A stretch of DNA of 64,000 nt from Thermoprotei archaeon (GTDB lineage: Archaea > Thermoproteota > Thermoprotei > Thermoproteales > B15-G16), in contig QMRC01000006.1 of NCBI GenBank assembly GCA_003649205.1, positions 13,190 to 77,189 on the forward strand. The letters run 5' to 3'. Below the pieces are notes generated by a model that searched no databases, had not been told where the DNA came from, and saw only the letters and a program-made list of their open reading frames with translations. The first letter of the stretch is position 1, and the number at the start of each line of letters is the position of its first letter. Positions 54,582 to 63,424 of the stretch are shown in pieces. Position numbers and translations under genes: made by a program.

Positions 54582-55694
54582 ATGGGCGTTAACCTACTTG
54601 AGTTACTACGTAGATACGATAAGACAGGTATTTATAATGTATACTTGAGGTGGCATGAGCTGCTTAGCGATACGTACAGAGTGGTCAGAGAGAGCTTTAG
54701 TGTGCCTAGGGAGATTAATGTCCATGGTAAGGTCATTAGGTATGGAGATATCAATAAGGTTGTTATCTGTGGCATGGGTGGTTCAGGTATTGTCGGTGAT
54801 CTAGTGTACGACATGTACCAGGACGTAGCTGAGGTACCTATCGTCGTGATTAAGGACTATCACCTACCTAGGTTCTGTGATGAGAGAACTCTGGTCATAG
54901 CTATTAGCTACTCAGGTAATACCGAGGAGACAATTAGTGCCTTTGTTGAGGGTATTGAGAGAGGTTGTCAAGTTGTCTCGGTGTCGTCTGGTGGTGTATT
55001 AGAGGAGTTTGCGAAGAAGTTAGGTACTCCACATGTTGCTGTACCTAGGGGAACTCAGCCTAGAGCCGCTCTCCCATGTTTAGTTGCTGCTACCTTAGCT
55101 ATCCTAGAGAAATTTAATGTGATTGGTGATACCGGGGGTGATGTTAAGGAGTGTAGTGCTGTCCTTAGGGATGTGATTGAGGAGAATAGACCTGAGGTAG
55201 GTGGTAGAGCACTTGAGCTAGCAAACGCTATTGGAGATAAGGTACCGTTCATCTGTGGTCACACATTCTACAGGGGTGTAGCTATTAGGCTGAAGAATGA
55301 GTTCAATGAGAATAGTAAGGTGGTTGCAGTAGCATCTACATTACCTGAATTTGATCACAACGATATTGTTGGTTGGGAGCTTAAGCCAAGTAATGTAGTA
55401 CCAGTATTCATTAGGGATAGGGATGAGGATGAGGTTACTAGAGCTAGAGTTACCTGTACGGAGGATGTATTGAGGTCGCTGGGTCTACGTATTGAGGAGA
55501 TTTGGGCTAGAGGGAGATCTAGATTAGCTAAAGTACTATCCCTGTGCCTACTCGGTGGATTAGCTAGTGTGTACTTAGCTGTACTCCGTGGTCTTGACCC
55601 AGGTGAGGTAGTAACTATATCTTTACTCAAGAGGTACATGAGTGAGAAGCTACGTGTTGTCGAGAGTTTGAGGAAGAGATTGTGCATCGAGTAA
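54582..55694 (+). CDS. bifunctional phosphoglucose/phosphomannose isomerase family (SIS domain)
   Basis: CGMGGSGIVGD and ISYSGNTEET SIS motifs, with a C-terminal PGI/PMI-type domain. Confidence 0.7.
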   Translation: MGVNLLELLRRYDKTGIYNVYLRWHELLSDTYRVVRESFSVPREINVHGKVIRYGDINKVVICGMGGSGIVGDLVYDMYQDVAEVPIVVIKDYHLPRFCDERTLVIAISYSGNTEETISAFVEGIERGCQVVSVSSGGVLEEFAKKLGTPHVAVPRGTQPRAALPCLVAATLAILEKFNVIGDTGGDVKECSAVLRDVIEENRPEVGGRALELANAIGDKVPFICGHTFYRGVAIRLKNEFNENSKVVAVASTLPEFDHNDIVGWELKPSNVVPVFIRDRDEDEVTRARVTCTEDVLRSLGLRIEEIWARGRSRLAKVLSLCLLGGLASVYLAVLRGLDPGEVVTISLLKRYMSEKLRVVESLRKRLCIE

Positions 55695-55759
55695 ATGTGA
55701 GTTACTTTGGTATATGTGGTGCTCATGGATTCGATACCTGCGTCCATGTAGTTTACATG

Positions 55760-56524
55760 ATGTGCTCCATACTCCAAGCTCACGGTATCGGTAATGATGC
55801 TGTCGGCATAGCATCTATCAGGAGGGGGGAAGTAAAGATTGTTAAGTGTTTAACGCCGAGAGGATTACTCATTGACCTACCTCTAACTCCTAAGTTAGTG
55901 GAGGAATTAAGTGGTCGAACTGTGCTCGCATCCACTGGTTCATATACAGTAGCTGAGGAGAGTAGCTATAGGTATATTCAACCATTTGTTGACTGTAGAG
56001 AGGAGTTACTTCTACTACATGATGGGTATGTCGAGAACTATGTGAAGTATTACCACGAGTTGAAGAAACGTGGACACAGATTCGTAACAGAGGTAAATGG
56101 TAACGTCATTAGTAGTGAGGTTGTGGTACATATGCTTGAGGAGTGTCTTGAAGATGCGGTTAACCTACTTGATGCATTGCTTATGGTATGCTCAAAGCTG
56201 AGCAATGACCTAAGAGGTGTCGTAGTTGCTGTACACAGAGATATTGAAGATATCTGTGCTGTTGCCGTGTGCAGAGACGTGAGTAGAGTACGTAAAGTAG
56301 CTGTAGCAGTTGATGAGAATAGTTGGGCATTCGCATCCTTCAGAGATCGTGTTCTAGGTCAAGAGATAGCACTAGGAATGAAGGCATTAGCACCAGTGCT
56401 CTCCCTCATGAACAAACCAACAACTGAAATACTTAGGTACGGTGAAGCCGCATTACTTACGCCTGGAAAGTTAGTGAAGAGGTGTATTAATCAGGATAGG
56501 AAAAGGGTACTTATTGAATGGTAG
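55760..56524 (+). CDS. class-II (Ntn) glutamine amidotransferase-like protein
   Basis: The internal start gives MCSILQAHG.., a Met-Cys N-terminus typical of Ntn amidotransferases. The track ORF starts at 55682. The family call is weak. Confidence 0.4.
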   Translation: MCSILQAHGIGNDAVGIASIRRGEVKIVKCLTPRGLLIDLPLTPKLVEELSGRTVLASTGSYTVAEESSYRYIQPFVDCREELLLLHDGYVENYVKYYHELKKRGHRFVTEVNGNVISSEVVVHMLEECLEDAVNLLDALLMVCSKLSNDLRGVVVAVHRDIEDICAVAVCRDVSRVRKVAVAVDENSWAFASFRDRVLGQEIALGMKALAPVLSLMNKPTTEILRYGEAALLTPGKLVKRCINQDRKRVLIEW

Positions 56525-56611
56525 GTGAAGTGGTAAGGATTTAGGGAATTAAGCAAAAAAGATTTAAGCAAGTGCTAGCACAGAGGTACACAGCAAGAGA
56601 GGGAGGGCACT

Positions 56612-56827
56612 ATGAGCCTAGAAGAGGAGAAGATTAAGATACTAAAGGCCATTGAGGAGCTAGGTGGAATCGCAAAGTGCAAGGACATCGCTGAGAGAAT
56701 CGGAATGAGCGTACAGAAGGTAGCAGCACACATTAGAGCACTAAAGAACAAAGGCTACGTGGAGCAGATCAAGAAGGGCGAGTATAGACTGACAGAAGCA
56801 GGTAAGAAAGTACTAGCAGGTGAGTAA
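56612..56827 (+). CDS. small winged-helix DNA-binding protein
   Basis: 71 aa: KILKAIEELGGIAKCKDIAERIGMSVQKVAAHIRALKNKGYVEQIKKGEYRLTEAG. Confidence 0.6.
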   Translation: MSLEEEKIKILKAIEELGGIAKCKDIAERIGMSVQKVAAHIRALKNKGYVEQIKKGEYRLTEAGKKVLAGE

Positions 56828-57181
56828 AAGCAAATATAGTACTCAATCCCTGGTATTAAGAAATTATCCACTTCTCTTTTTCTCACTTAATACCCTGCTC
56901 CTTAAATCCTCTAATCAACTCATCAATTACTTAGAAGTACCTGAGTACCTACCTAGCTCAGCACGGAAACCCACAACTGCATACTTCTCCTAGCCTCAAT
57001 TGATGCATCATGTACGTACCATGAGGCAAAGCACATACATGCCCCTTCTACTGAAGCTTTTATTAACCTGAGAGACATGTCTTTCGAGCAAGTAGAAAGT
57101 AGGAAAGAACTAAATCTACGTAGTAGTGATTAAGAAGGGTAGAGACATAACACTCCTCTACTCTACTTCTGTTGTATTCGT

Positions 57182-57238
57182 TCAATGATGAGTACCCTGG
57201 GGTCTGTACTGGTGATGAGCCGAGATTGTACTGAGAGT
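57182..57238 (+). ncRNA. C/D box sRNA (dual guide)
   Basis: AUGAUGA(C, 57185-57191)-GUACCCUGGGGU(12)-CUGU(D', 57204-57207)-ACUG-GUGAUGA(C', 57212-57218)-GCCGAGAUUGUA(12)-CUGA(D, 57231-57234). It ends 13 nt before the start codon of the m5C methyltransferase gene. Confidence 0.75.
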
Positions 57239-57246
57239 GAGCATGT

Positions 57247-58533
57247 ATGGGGCTCATTGATGATGTACTGAAATTCACCTCTAGAGTACTGTACTACGTC
57301 GATAGGTACTCACTATCACTCGATAAGGCGTATCAATACGCTAAACACAGCTTGGGATTGAGTAGTGTAGAGAGAGCACCAAAGTTCTTCTATGAGATTT
57401 CTCGTGATGTTGTGTCTAAGTTTATTCAGCTTGATCTCTTATGTAGGCGCTATAACATTGCCCCAACGTATAAGAACATTGTTAGGCTATGGTTACTGCT
57501 CTATGGTGAAGACGTCATTAGGTTGAATGCCGTAAGACATTACGTTAAGAGGTTGAGGAAGAGGTTTAGGGATCTTGATCTTAGCTCAGTAATCGAAGAG
57601 GTAAAGGGTGTGGAGAGACTTGCTATTGAGTATTCCTTTCCTCTTCAGTTCGTTAAGAGGTTAAGTTCGGTACTACCATTAGAGGAAGTAGAGAGGTTAC
57701 TGAAGTCACTTAATTCAAATATTTTGTGGTTGCGTGTGAATACGCTCAAGTTTGATGTCGATAGAGCTATCAAGGTTCTTGAGGAAGAAGGTGTTCTCGT
57801 TGAGGTTGATCATGACTTTGAGTTCATGCTTCGTGTTGTGAAGTATGATAAGCCTCTGCATAAGCTCTCAGTTGTAAGAGAGGGTAAGGTAATTATTCAG
57901 GATAAGGCTTCTGCTTTTGCCGTTAGAGCGTTAGACCCAAAACCAGGGGATGTAATACTTGACCTCTGTGCAGCGCCTGGTGTTAAGACGTCGCTCATTA
58001 TGCAGCTTACTGAGAATAGGGCTAAGGTGATCGCATTTGATAAGTCAAGGAAGAGATTGAGATCGATGATTCGCCTATTGAAGCTATATGGCGTTGATGT
58101 GAGTAGAGTGGATATTGTTTTGACAGATTCTAGGGTTATTAGGTGGGTAGCTAATGTAGATAGTATCCTAGTCGATGCTCCCTGTACTTCTAGTGGAGTT
58201 GTGTGTAGGGATCCAGCAGTAAAGGTTCACTTACGTAGACTAACTAAGGTTGAGCACTACTCTCAAATCCAGTTAGAGTTACTTAGGAATGCTCTCAGGT
58301 GGATTCCTGTGGGTACTCCAGTAATCTTCACTACCTGCTCGTTATTACCTGATGAAGGCGAGGAGGTTGTGAAGAGAGTTATTAGTGGTGAAGTGCTTGC
58401 CGAAGTAGCTCCTCTAGATCTACCTGTTGCAACTGGTTACCCTGGATATCTATTTAGTAGTAGTGTGAGGAGGACCTTTCCACATATACATCACTGTGGT
58501 GGTTTCTTCTACTGCAAGTTAGTGAGGATCTAG
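57247..58533 (+). CDS. NOL1/NOP2/Sun-family RNA cytosine-C5 methyltransferase (RsmB/Trm4-like)
   Basis: SAM motif DLCAAPGVKT and catalytic DAPCTSSG and TCS motifs, with a NusB-like N-terminal region. Confidence 0.85.
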   Translation: MGLIDDVLKFTSRVLYYVDRYSLSLDKAYQYAKHSLGLSSVERAPKFFYEISRDVVSKFIQLDLLCRRYNIAPTYKNIVRLWLLLYGEDVIRLNAVRHYVKRLRKRFRDLDLSSVIEEVKGVERLAIEYSFPLQFVKRLSSVLPLEEVERLLKSLNSNILWLRVNTLKFDVDRAIKVLEEEGVLVEVDHDFEFMLRVVKYDKPLHKLSVVREGKVIIQDKASAFAVRALDPKPGDVILDLCAAPGVKTSLIMQLTENRAKVIAFDKSRKRLRSMIRLLKLYGVDVSRVDIVLTDSRVIRWVANVDSILVDAPCTSSGVVCRDPAVKVHLRRLTKVEHYSQIQLELLRNALRWIPVGTPVIFTTCSLLPDEGEEVVKRVISGEVLAEVAPLDLPVATGYPGYLFSSSVRRTFPHIHHCGGFFYCKLVRI

Positions 58534-58587
58534 TCAGTGTGGTGTAGCTCAATCATCTGGTCATTGCCCGGACTACTCATCATCGTG
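58531..58587 (-). ncRNA. candidate C/D box sRNA convergent on the methyltransferase gene 3' end
   Basis: The minus strand reads AUGAUGA(C, 58577-58583)-GUAGUCCGGGCA(12)-AUGA(D')-CCA-GAUGAUU(C'-like)-13 nt-CUGA(D, 58534-58537). The internal boxes are degenerate. Confidence 0.5.
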
Positions 58588-58620
58588 ACAGAGCTAGTGT
58601 TTAATACCTCTAGTTGAGTT

Positions 58621-60669
58621 TTAGGTGTTGCGGAGTTTTCTCATGATGAAATGGCCGTGAACTCGCAGATTTGGTGACGAGTGACCCCCTACTGATCTCA
58701 CAGTTTTTCTTGTAGTGAGAGCTACAGTAACTACCACTATAAATGCTATAATCAAGGTCACAAGTATAGCTAGTGCTAGCTTATTGATCATTGCTCTACT
58801 CGTTGAAGGCACTTCCTTTTGTTTTCCACCTGGTGTTTTAGGTACATTAGCTGGCTTAGGTACTTCCGGTATAGGTGCCTTAGGTAATGTGATGTTGAGC
58901 GTGCTTAAGCGCAATAGAAGTGCTAGCGAGTACGAGTATATGCTGGCTTGTCTATAGAGTACGAGTTTAAGTGTTGAGTCTCTGGTCTCATTAGCTAACT
59001 CGATGTACGATATTGATACTATTGGTACTATTCCTCTCTTAAGACACTTCTCAGTATTGTAGAGTGCCATCTTCTTAGCGTACTCGATCAAGTACTCCAT
59101 AACCTCTTCTCTCTGTGCTGACAGTATGTTCATTGCTGCACTCGAGCAAGTTATTGACCTAATGCTCAGCGCTATAGTCATGAGAAAGTCACCTGAATGG
59201 AGGTAATACTCCGCCTTCTTCAGACACCACTCAGCTTCAGCTATGAACCTCTCAAGTGCTTCCGCTAAACCAACCTCTCTCACTATCTCACTCGTGTACG
59301 AGTATATTGATCTAGCTTGGTCAAAGAGGATGTACGCTAGGTTGTCTATGGGTAGGTGTTTAGTCGCTACTCCACTAGATACCTTACCGAGTAACCTCAT
59401 CCACAACATGGCAGTTTCAAGCCTAGCCTGTAGGTATGCTAGATCGCTAACTATGTCACGTATTACTCCGTACATACCTTCCTTAGCTTCCTGGAGCAAT
59501 CCTTTAATCCTCTCAATTAGGGTTTCAGCAACAGAGAGACGCTCAGCAACGGCAATCAACACCGATACATCACTAACAGAACTAACCTCTTGATGTGAAC
59601 GTAGATCACTAATACAGTTCCTAAACTCATTGCTTAATTCCCTAAACTTTTCCTCAAGAACCTCAATAGCTTTGTCTGGACTTAGGTCACGTACCTCGCT
59701 CAGTAGCTTGAGTTCGAGCGCATCAATGTATGTACGAAATGCCATAGATGCAGCAACGTAGTAGAGACCCCTATCAAGGTAGCTCTCTGTCTTACGCACC
59801 TCATCCTCTACCCTCTTAACTTCACTACCATACACCTCTCTAAGCTTCTTCTCCTCTAAAATTGAGCTAACCCTACTAAGCAGGTACTCAGCAACATCTC
59901 TAAAATGCATAGCCACTGTGGGAGGTAGCTTTAGCTTACGAGGGTACGTTAACTCCATCTCAATGCCTGTGAAGTACTGCAACGCCTCCTCAACACTACC
60001 AACCTCAATAACCTTAAGACCCCACTTCTTCCGTGCATACTCAACAACGTCAACAACCTTAGGCTTCCTCACAATCCTAGTTATCGGACCTATTACCTGC
60101 TTAATAGTCTCATAGGTAACGACATACCTCTGGCCAAGAGGAATTAGAAATACCTTACCACCTGCACGTGCAACAGCTTCGGCTTTCTCCAAGATACCAC
60201 CTACGGGACCTATGCTACCATCTGGATTCACCATACCCGTCATGTAGACTGTTGTGTTCAGTGTCAAGTTCTTCAACAGAGCGTACATAGCAACCGCCAT
60301 CAATGCGCTTGCTGAGGGACCACCAACAATTACTGTTGGCGCTCTGACATTGATTAGGAAATCATACTTCACATATGGCACATCAGCTAGTTCAGATGCC
60401 ACTATAGCTGCGACCTTAGCTGCTGCCTGCATATCTAGCTCAGTCAACGGAGTTGTGGATATGTAGACAGTTCCATTGCCGGGCTTGAGCACAGCTATCT
60501 CAATTGTCGTAATGGTACCAACCAACTTACCCTCCTCAGTTCTCGAAACAGCAACAGCTCTTACGGAAACTTTCTTAACCTCAGCACTGTAGCACAACGC
60601 AGATGAGGTGAAGGTAGGGCTCAGTAACAGGATTATCAACACAAACAAGGTCAATTTACTGTACTTCAT
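58621..60669 (-). CDS. membrane-anchored Lon-type S16 serine protease domain protein (no ATPase module)
   Basis: An N-terminal signal/anchor is followed by GGPSASALMAVAMYALL..TGMVNPDGSIGPVGGILEKAEAVARAGGKVFLIP (Lon proteolytic domain Ser/Lys dyad context), a long helical region and a C-terminal TM. Confidence 0.7.
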   Translation of the reverse strand: MKYSKLTLFVLIILLLSPTFTSSALCYSAEVKKVSVRAVAVSRTEEGKLVGTITTIEIAVLKPGNGTVYISTTPLTELDMQAAAKVAAIVASELADVPYVKYDFLINVRAPTVIVGGPSASALMAVAMYALLKNLTLNTTVYMTGMVNPDGSIGPVGGILEKAEAVARAGGKVFLIPLGQRYVVTYETIKQVIGPITRIVRKPKVVDVVEYARKKWGLKVIEVGSVEEALQYFTGIEMELTYPRKLKLPPTVAMHFRDVAEYLLSRVSSILEEKKLREVYGSEVKRVEDEVRKTESYLDRGLYYVAASMAFRTYIDALELKLLSEVRDLSPDKAIEVLEEKFRELSNEFRNCISDLRSHQEVSSVSDVSVLIAVAERLSVAETLIERIKGLLQEAKEGMYGVIRDIVSDLAYLQARLETAMLWMRLLGKVSSGVATKHLPIDNLAYILFDQARSIYSYTSEIVREVGLAEALERFIAEAEWCLKKAEYYLHSGDFLMTIALSIRSITCSSAAMNILSAQREEVMEYLIEYAKKMALYNTEKCLKRGIVPIVSISYIELANETRDSTLKLVLYRQASIYSYSLALLLRLSTLNITLPKAPIPEVPKPANVPKTPGGKQKEVPSTSRAMINKLALAILVTLIIAFIVVVTVALTTRKTVRSVGGHSSPNLRVHGHFIMRKLRNT

Positions 60670-61546
60670 AAACTACAACACCTCCCGCAACAACCCTAAA
60701 TACAAGGATCTCAGGTAACTTGAGACAATACCTGTCCCTAATCTCAGAAACCATGTCGAGAACCTCATTTAATTTCTTACCGTGAACCAAGATCATCAGT
60801 GATCTAGGTGTTGGTAGCGGATACACAAAATTGCAACTCCTCAACTCAGCTACAATTGCTGAAGCAGGGGGTGTTAGTCTCGGTACCTCAACTACATACC
60901 TACGGGCAACTTCACCTAGAGTAGATAGGCATGGCTTGAGCACGAGTTTCTTGAAGTAAGATAGTACTTTACCATCTTCAGGTACCGGTAGCTCTAAGCA
61001 ATTTGGAATGTAGATTACGTACATGCCATCTGGTACTGGAAATACATCGAAGAGGGCAAATGAGGGAGCACCAGGTACATGAACAATCGTAGGTGATAGC
61101 GTTAGTAAGCAATTTACAAAACCGTATCCCACCTCATACCTTAGCTCAAGCTCGTGAATGAACTGAAGAAGGGATATGTAGCTAAGTCCTAGATACTGAC
61201 ATAGCGTGTATCCGATACCAACGAGTAGAGACGTTATGGCACTCAAGTCATTACACAGCTTTAGGAACTCACCATGAAGTACCTTGACCTTGAGACCAAT
61301 ACCTCTACCCCCTAGAACCATGTACGTGAATTCGTTGAGTACCCTCTCAAGTACTTGACCGTACTCGTGATCTAGCTCCAGTACAATTCCCGATCTAGTA
61401 CTCTTCACACACTCGATAACTAACTCAAGTCCAGGTTCGAGGGGTATGTAAAGACCACGAAAACCAGCTCTCAGTGGATTGCGAGCGTGTACACGAGTTA
61501 GTAGAGTAGCAGCTACGAGTGGTACAGTACACACCACCCTATGCAC
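60656..61546 (-). CDS. hypothetical protein (possibly a GHMP-kinase-like fold, motif degenerate)
   Basis: 296-aa ORF. Size and secondary-structure-like pattern are only weakly reminiscent of GHMP kinases, and there is no intact PxGSGLGSS motif. Confidence 0.4.
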   Translation of the reverse strand: MHRVVCTVPLVAATLLTRVHARNPLRAGFRGLYIPLEPGLELVIECVKSTRSGIVLELDHEYGQVLERVLNEFTYMVLGGRGIGLKVKVLHGEFLKLCNDLSAITSLLVGIGYTLCQYLGLSYISLLQFIHELELRYEVGYGFVNCLLTLSPTIVHVPGAPSFALFDVFPVPDGMYVIYIPNCLELPVPEDGKVLSYFKKLVLKPCLSTLGEVARRYVVEVPRLTPPASAIVAELRSCNFVYPLPTPRSLMILVHGKKLNEVLDMVSEIRDRYCLKLPEILVFRVVAGGVVVYEVQ

Positions 61547-61561
61547 GAGTACCTAAACCCC

Positions 61562-61990
61562 TCACCTACCTAGATACCATCTCCTAACCTTCTTAAGTTT
61601 GAGCTTTGTCGATGAGAAGCATAGTTTACGAAAACAGCAGTAACTACACTTAACCCCTTTCTCACTACATATCTGACTGAGTTCAGAGGCTAGGACTATT
61701 GCCTCTCTAAGTAATCTCGCTCTGGCGCTACGAATCTCAGCTATCCTCCTATAGAGAGCTTTACGAGCTTCCTTCTGAAGTACTTGTGGAATTGAGGTGA
61801 TAGCTAGCTCAAATTGCTCGATTTCTTTTCTCTCTCTTTCCTGTAACTCGTCAACTAATCTAAGTACCCTAGCTAACTCAGCACGTAGTAGGTACTCACG
61901 TGAGTATGCTAGGTTCTGATCAGGTTCCTTACTCATGTACTTGGAGATTAGTTCTCTAGCTAGGTCACTCATCGAAATACTAATTCTCAA
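61562..61990 (-). CDS. hypothetical coiled-coil protein
   Basis: 142-aa ORF, rich in Glu/Arg/Leu heptad-like sequence, with C-terminal Cys residues. Confidence 0.4.
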   Translation of the reverse strand: MRISISMSDLARELISKYMSKEPDQNLAYSREYLLRAELARVLRLVDELQERERKEIEQFELAITSIPQVLQKEARKALYRRIAEIRSARARLLREAIVLASELSQICSEKGVKCSYCCFRKLCFSSTKLKLKKVRRWYLGR

Positions 61991-62025
61991 ATACTTAATA
62001 GGGGTGACATACAGTTTCTAATTCT

Positions 62026-62076
62026 CAGATGAAGAGAGGGTCACGGACTGAGAGGTGACGAACTAGGCTCCGCTGA
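62026..62076 (+). ncRNA. weak C/D box sRNA candidate convergent on ORF 62063..62638
   Basis: CAGAUGA(C-like)-15 nt-CUGA(62048-62051)-GAG-GUGACGA(C'-like)-11 nt-CUGA(62073-62076). The boxes and spacers are imperfect. Confidence 0.3.
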
Positions 62077-62638
62077 GTATCCTCCTAACAACTCTCTTCG
62101 GTAAAACGACCCTACCTTCATCATTACCTACCGGAGCTGCTAAACCTAGATCGTAGAGGATAGCTGTTAAGACAGCTAGAGTAGCATCGTACTCATGCCT
62201 TGACTTAGGTAGTTCACGTATAGAGATACCTAGTTTCCTGAAGTACGTAACCAACCTCCCAATACCATTGATCAGTAGTATCTTCTCAGTCGATCTCGGG
62301 TGGACTTCAATAACTCTTGAATCAGGAGCTATAGCTAGAATTCTCGAAACTAACTTCATAGCTCTCTCAGTTAACTTCTTCATACCGGGGAAGAGAGGAG
62401 GTAGTACAGGATACCCCAATCTATGCATTAACCTATCTACAAATCGCGTGTACCCTGATGTAGGTAGTGTGAGAGGTGCATCAATAGCCACTATCTTTGG
62501 TCTATACCTGGAAACTACTTCAAGTACTTCGCAATCCCTTTTCACAATATAGGTACTGAGCTGAGAACTGTATACTATGGCTATACCTGTGGGATTCTTC
62601 TCTACACCTGCTAAGTCAATCCCTATGTAGGTACTCAC
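62063..62638 (-). CDS. DUF429-like predicted RNase H-fold protein
   Basis: The N-terminal YIGIDLAGVEKNPTGIAIV and ..IVAIDAPL.. pattern resembles DUF429/COG2410. Confidence 0.5.
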   Translation of the reverse strand: MSTYIGIDLAGVEKNPTGIAIVYSSQLSTYIVKRDCEVLEVVSRYRPKIVAIDAPLTLPTSGYTRFVDRLMHRLGYPVLPPLFPGMKKLTERAMKLVSRILAIAPDSRVIEVHPRSTEKILLINGIGRLVTYFRKLGISIRELPKSRHEYDATLAVLTAILYDLGLAAPVGNDEGRVVLPKRVVRRILSGA

Positions 62639-63168
62639 CAGTAGCTCACTGCATTACCTAATTTAATTACCTTCTCACTCATCTTACCGCTTGGTGATAC
62701 CTTAGCGATAACTATCATAGCCATTCCCTGTCTACTACCTTCACGACTAATTACTCTCGACATTGCACGGTGAAGTAGGTGTATTGCAGCTGATACAGGG
62801 TTAAGCTTCTTACCATGTCTTGTTGGCTGTCTCTTGCTTATGTATCTACTCACGTACTTACTATCAGTCACAGCTGAAAAGAGACATACATCACATCTCA
62901 AGACAATACCCGATACGTTATCGTACACATACTCCTCAAATATGAGGTCAGAACCACATCTAGGACATTTCTTACCGGTTTTGAGGCTTAGCACCTTACT
63001 TAACCCAAATACTTCAGGTGGAGTTGTGTACCCACTGACTAGCCTAGCTAGGTAATCACATACCTTGTCAACTACTATATGCTCATCGTAGCGCTCATCA
63101 TAGTCCATTAGGAAAACCCCAAGCACACACCACGTATTAGATATTAAAGGTTTCCTCTCTACAACCAT
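62635..63168 (-). CDS. hypothetical zinc-ribbon-containing protein
   Basis: 177 aa, with CPRCGSDL..x20..CDVCLF. Confidence 0.45.
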   Translation of the reverse strand: MVVERKPLISNTWCVLGVFLMDYDERYDEHIVVDKVCDYLARLVSGYTTPPEVFGLSKVLSLKTGKKCPRCGSDLIFEEYVYDNVSGIVLRCDVCLFSAVTDSKYVSRYISKRQPTRHGKKLNPVSAAIHLLHRAMSRVISREGSRQGMAMIVIAKVSPSGKMSEKVIKLGNAVSYW

Positions 63169-63210
63169 CTATCGGGAATACTTAAGTTCGTAGCACCTAG
63201 GTACTTAGTC

Positions 63211-63417
63211 TTGGTGTCATGTATGAAGTTTGAACACGTAGTATCATTAGCAATTGTAGTGGTATCGATCGTAGTAACTGCTCTTGTCATAACGTGGTTC
63301 TACACATGGATTACGCCAAATGTGGCAAATCTCACGATGCTCACGTACTCACTACTACTGATCATTATAATCTACATATGCTACATGTGGGTTAAAGAGG
63401 TTAAAGAAAGGGGGTAG
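63211..63417 (+). CDS. small membrane protein
   Basis: 68 aa with two hydrophobic helices. Confidence 0.35.
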   Translation: MVSCMKFEHVVSLAIVVVSIVVTALVITWFYTWITPNVANLTMLTYSLLLIIIIYICYMWVKEVKERG

Positions 63418-63424
63418 TGTCGTT

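Noticed and set aside
57063-57278. 71-aa minus-strand ORF.
   Set aside because: It overlaps the well-formed plus-strand C/D box sRNA and the methyltransferase start. Its composition is not protein-like.
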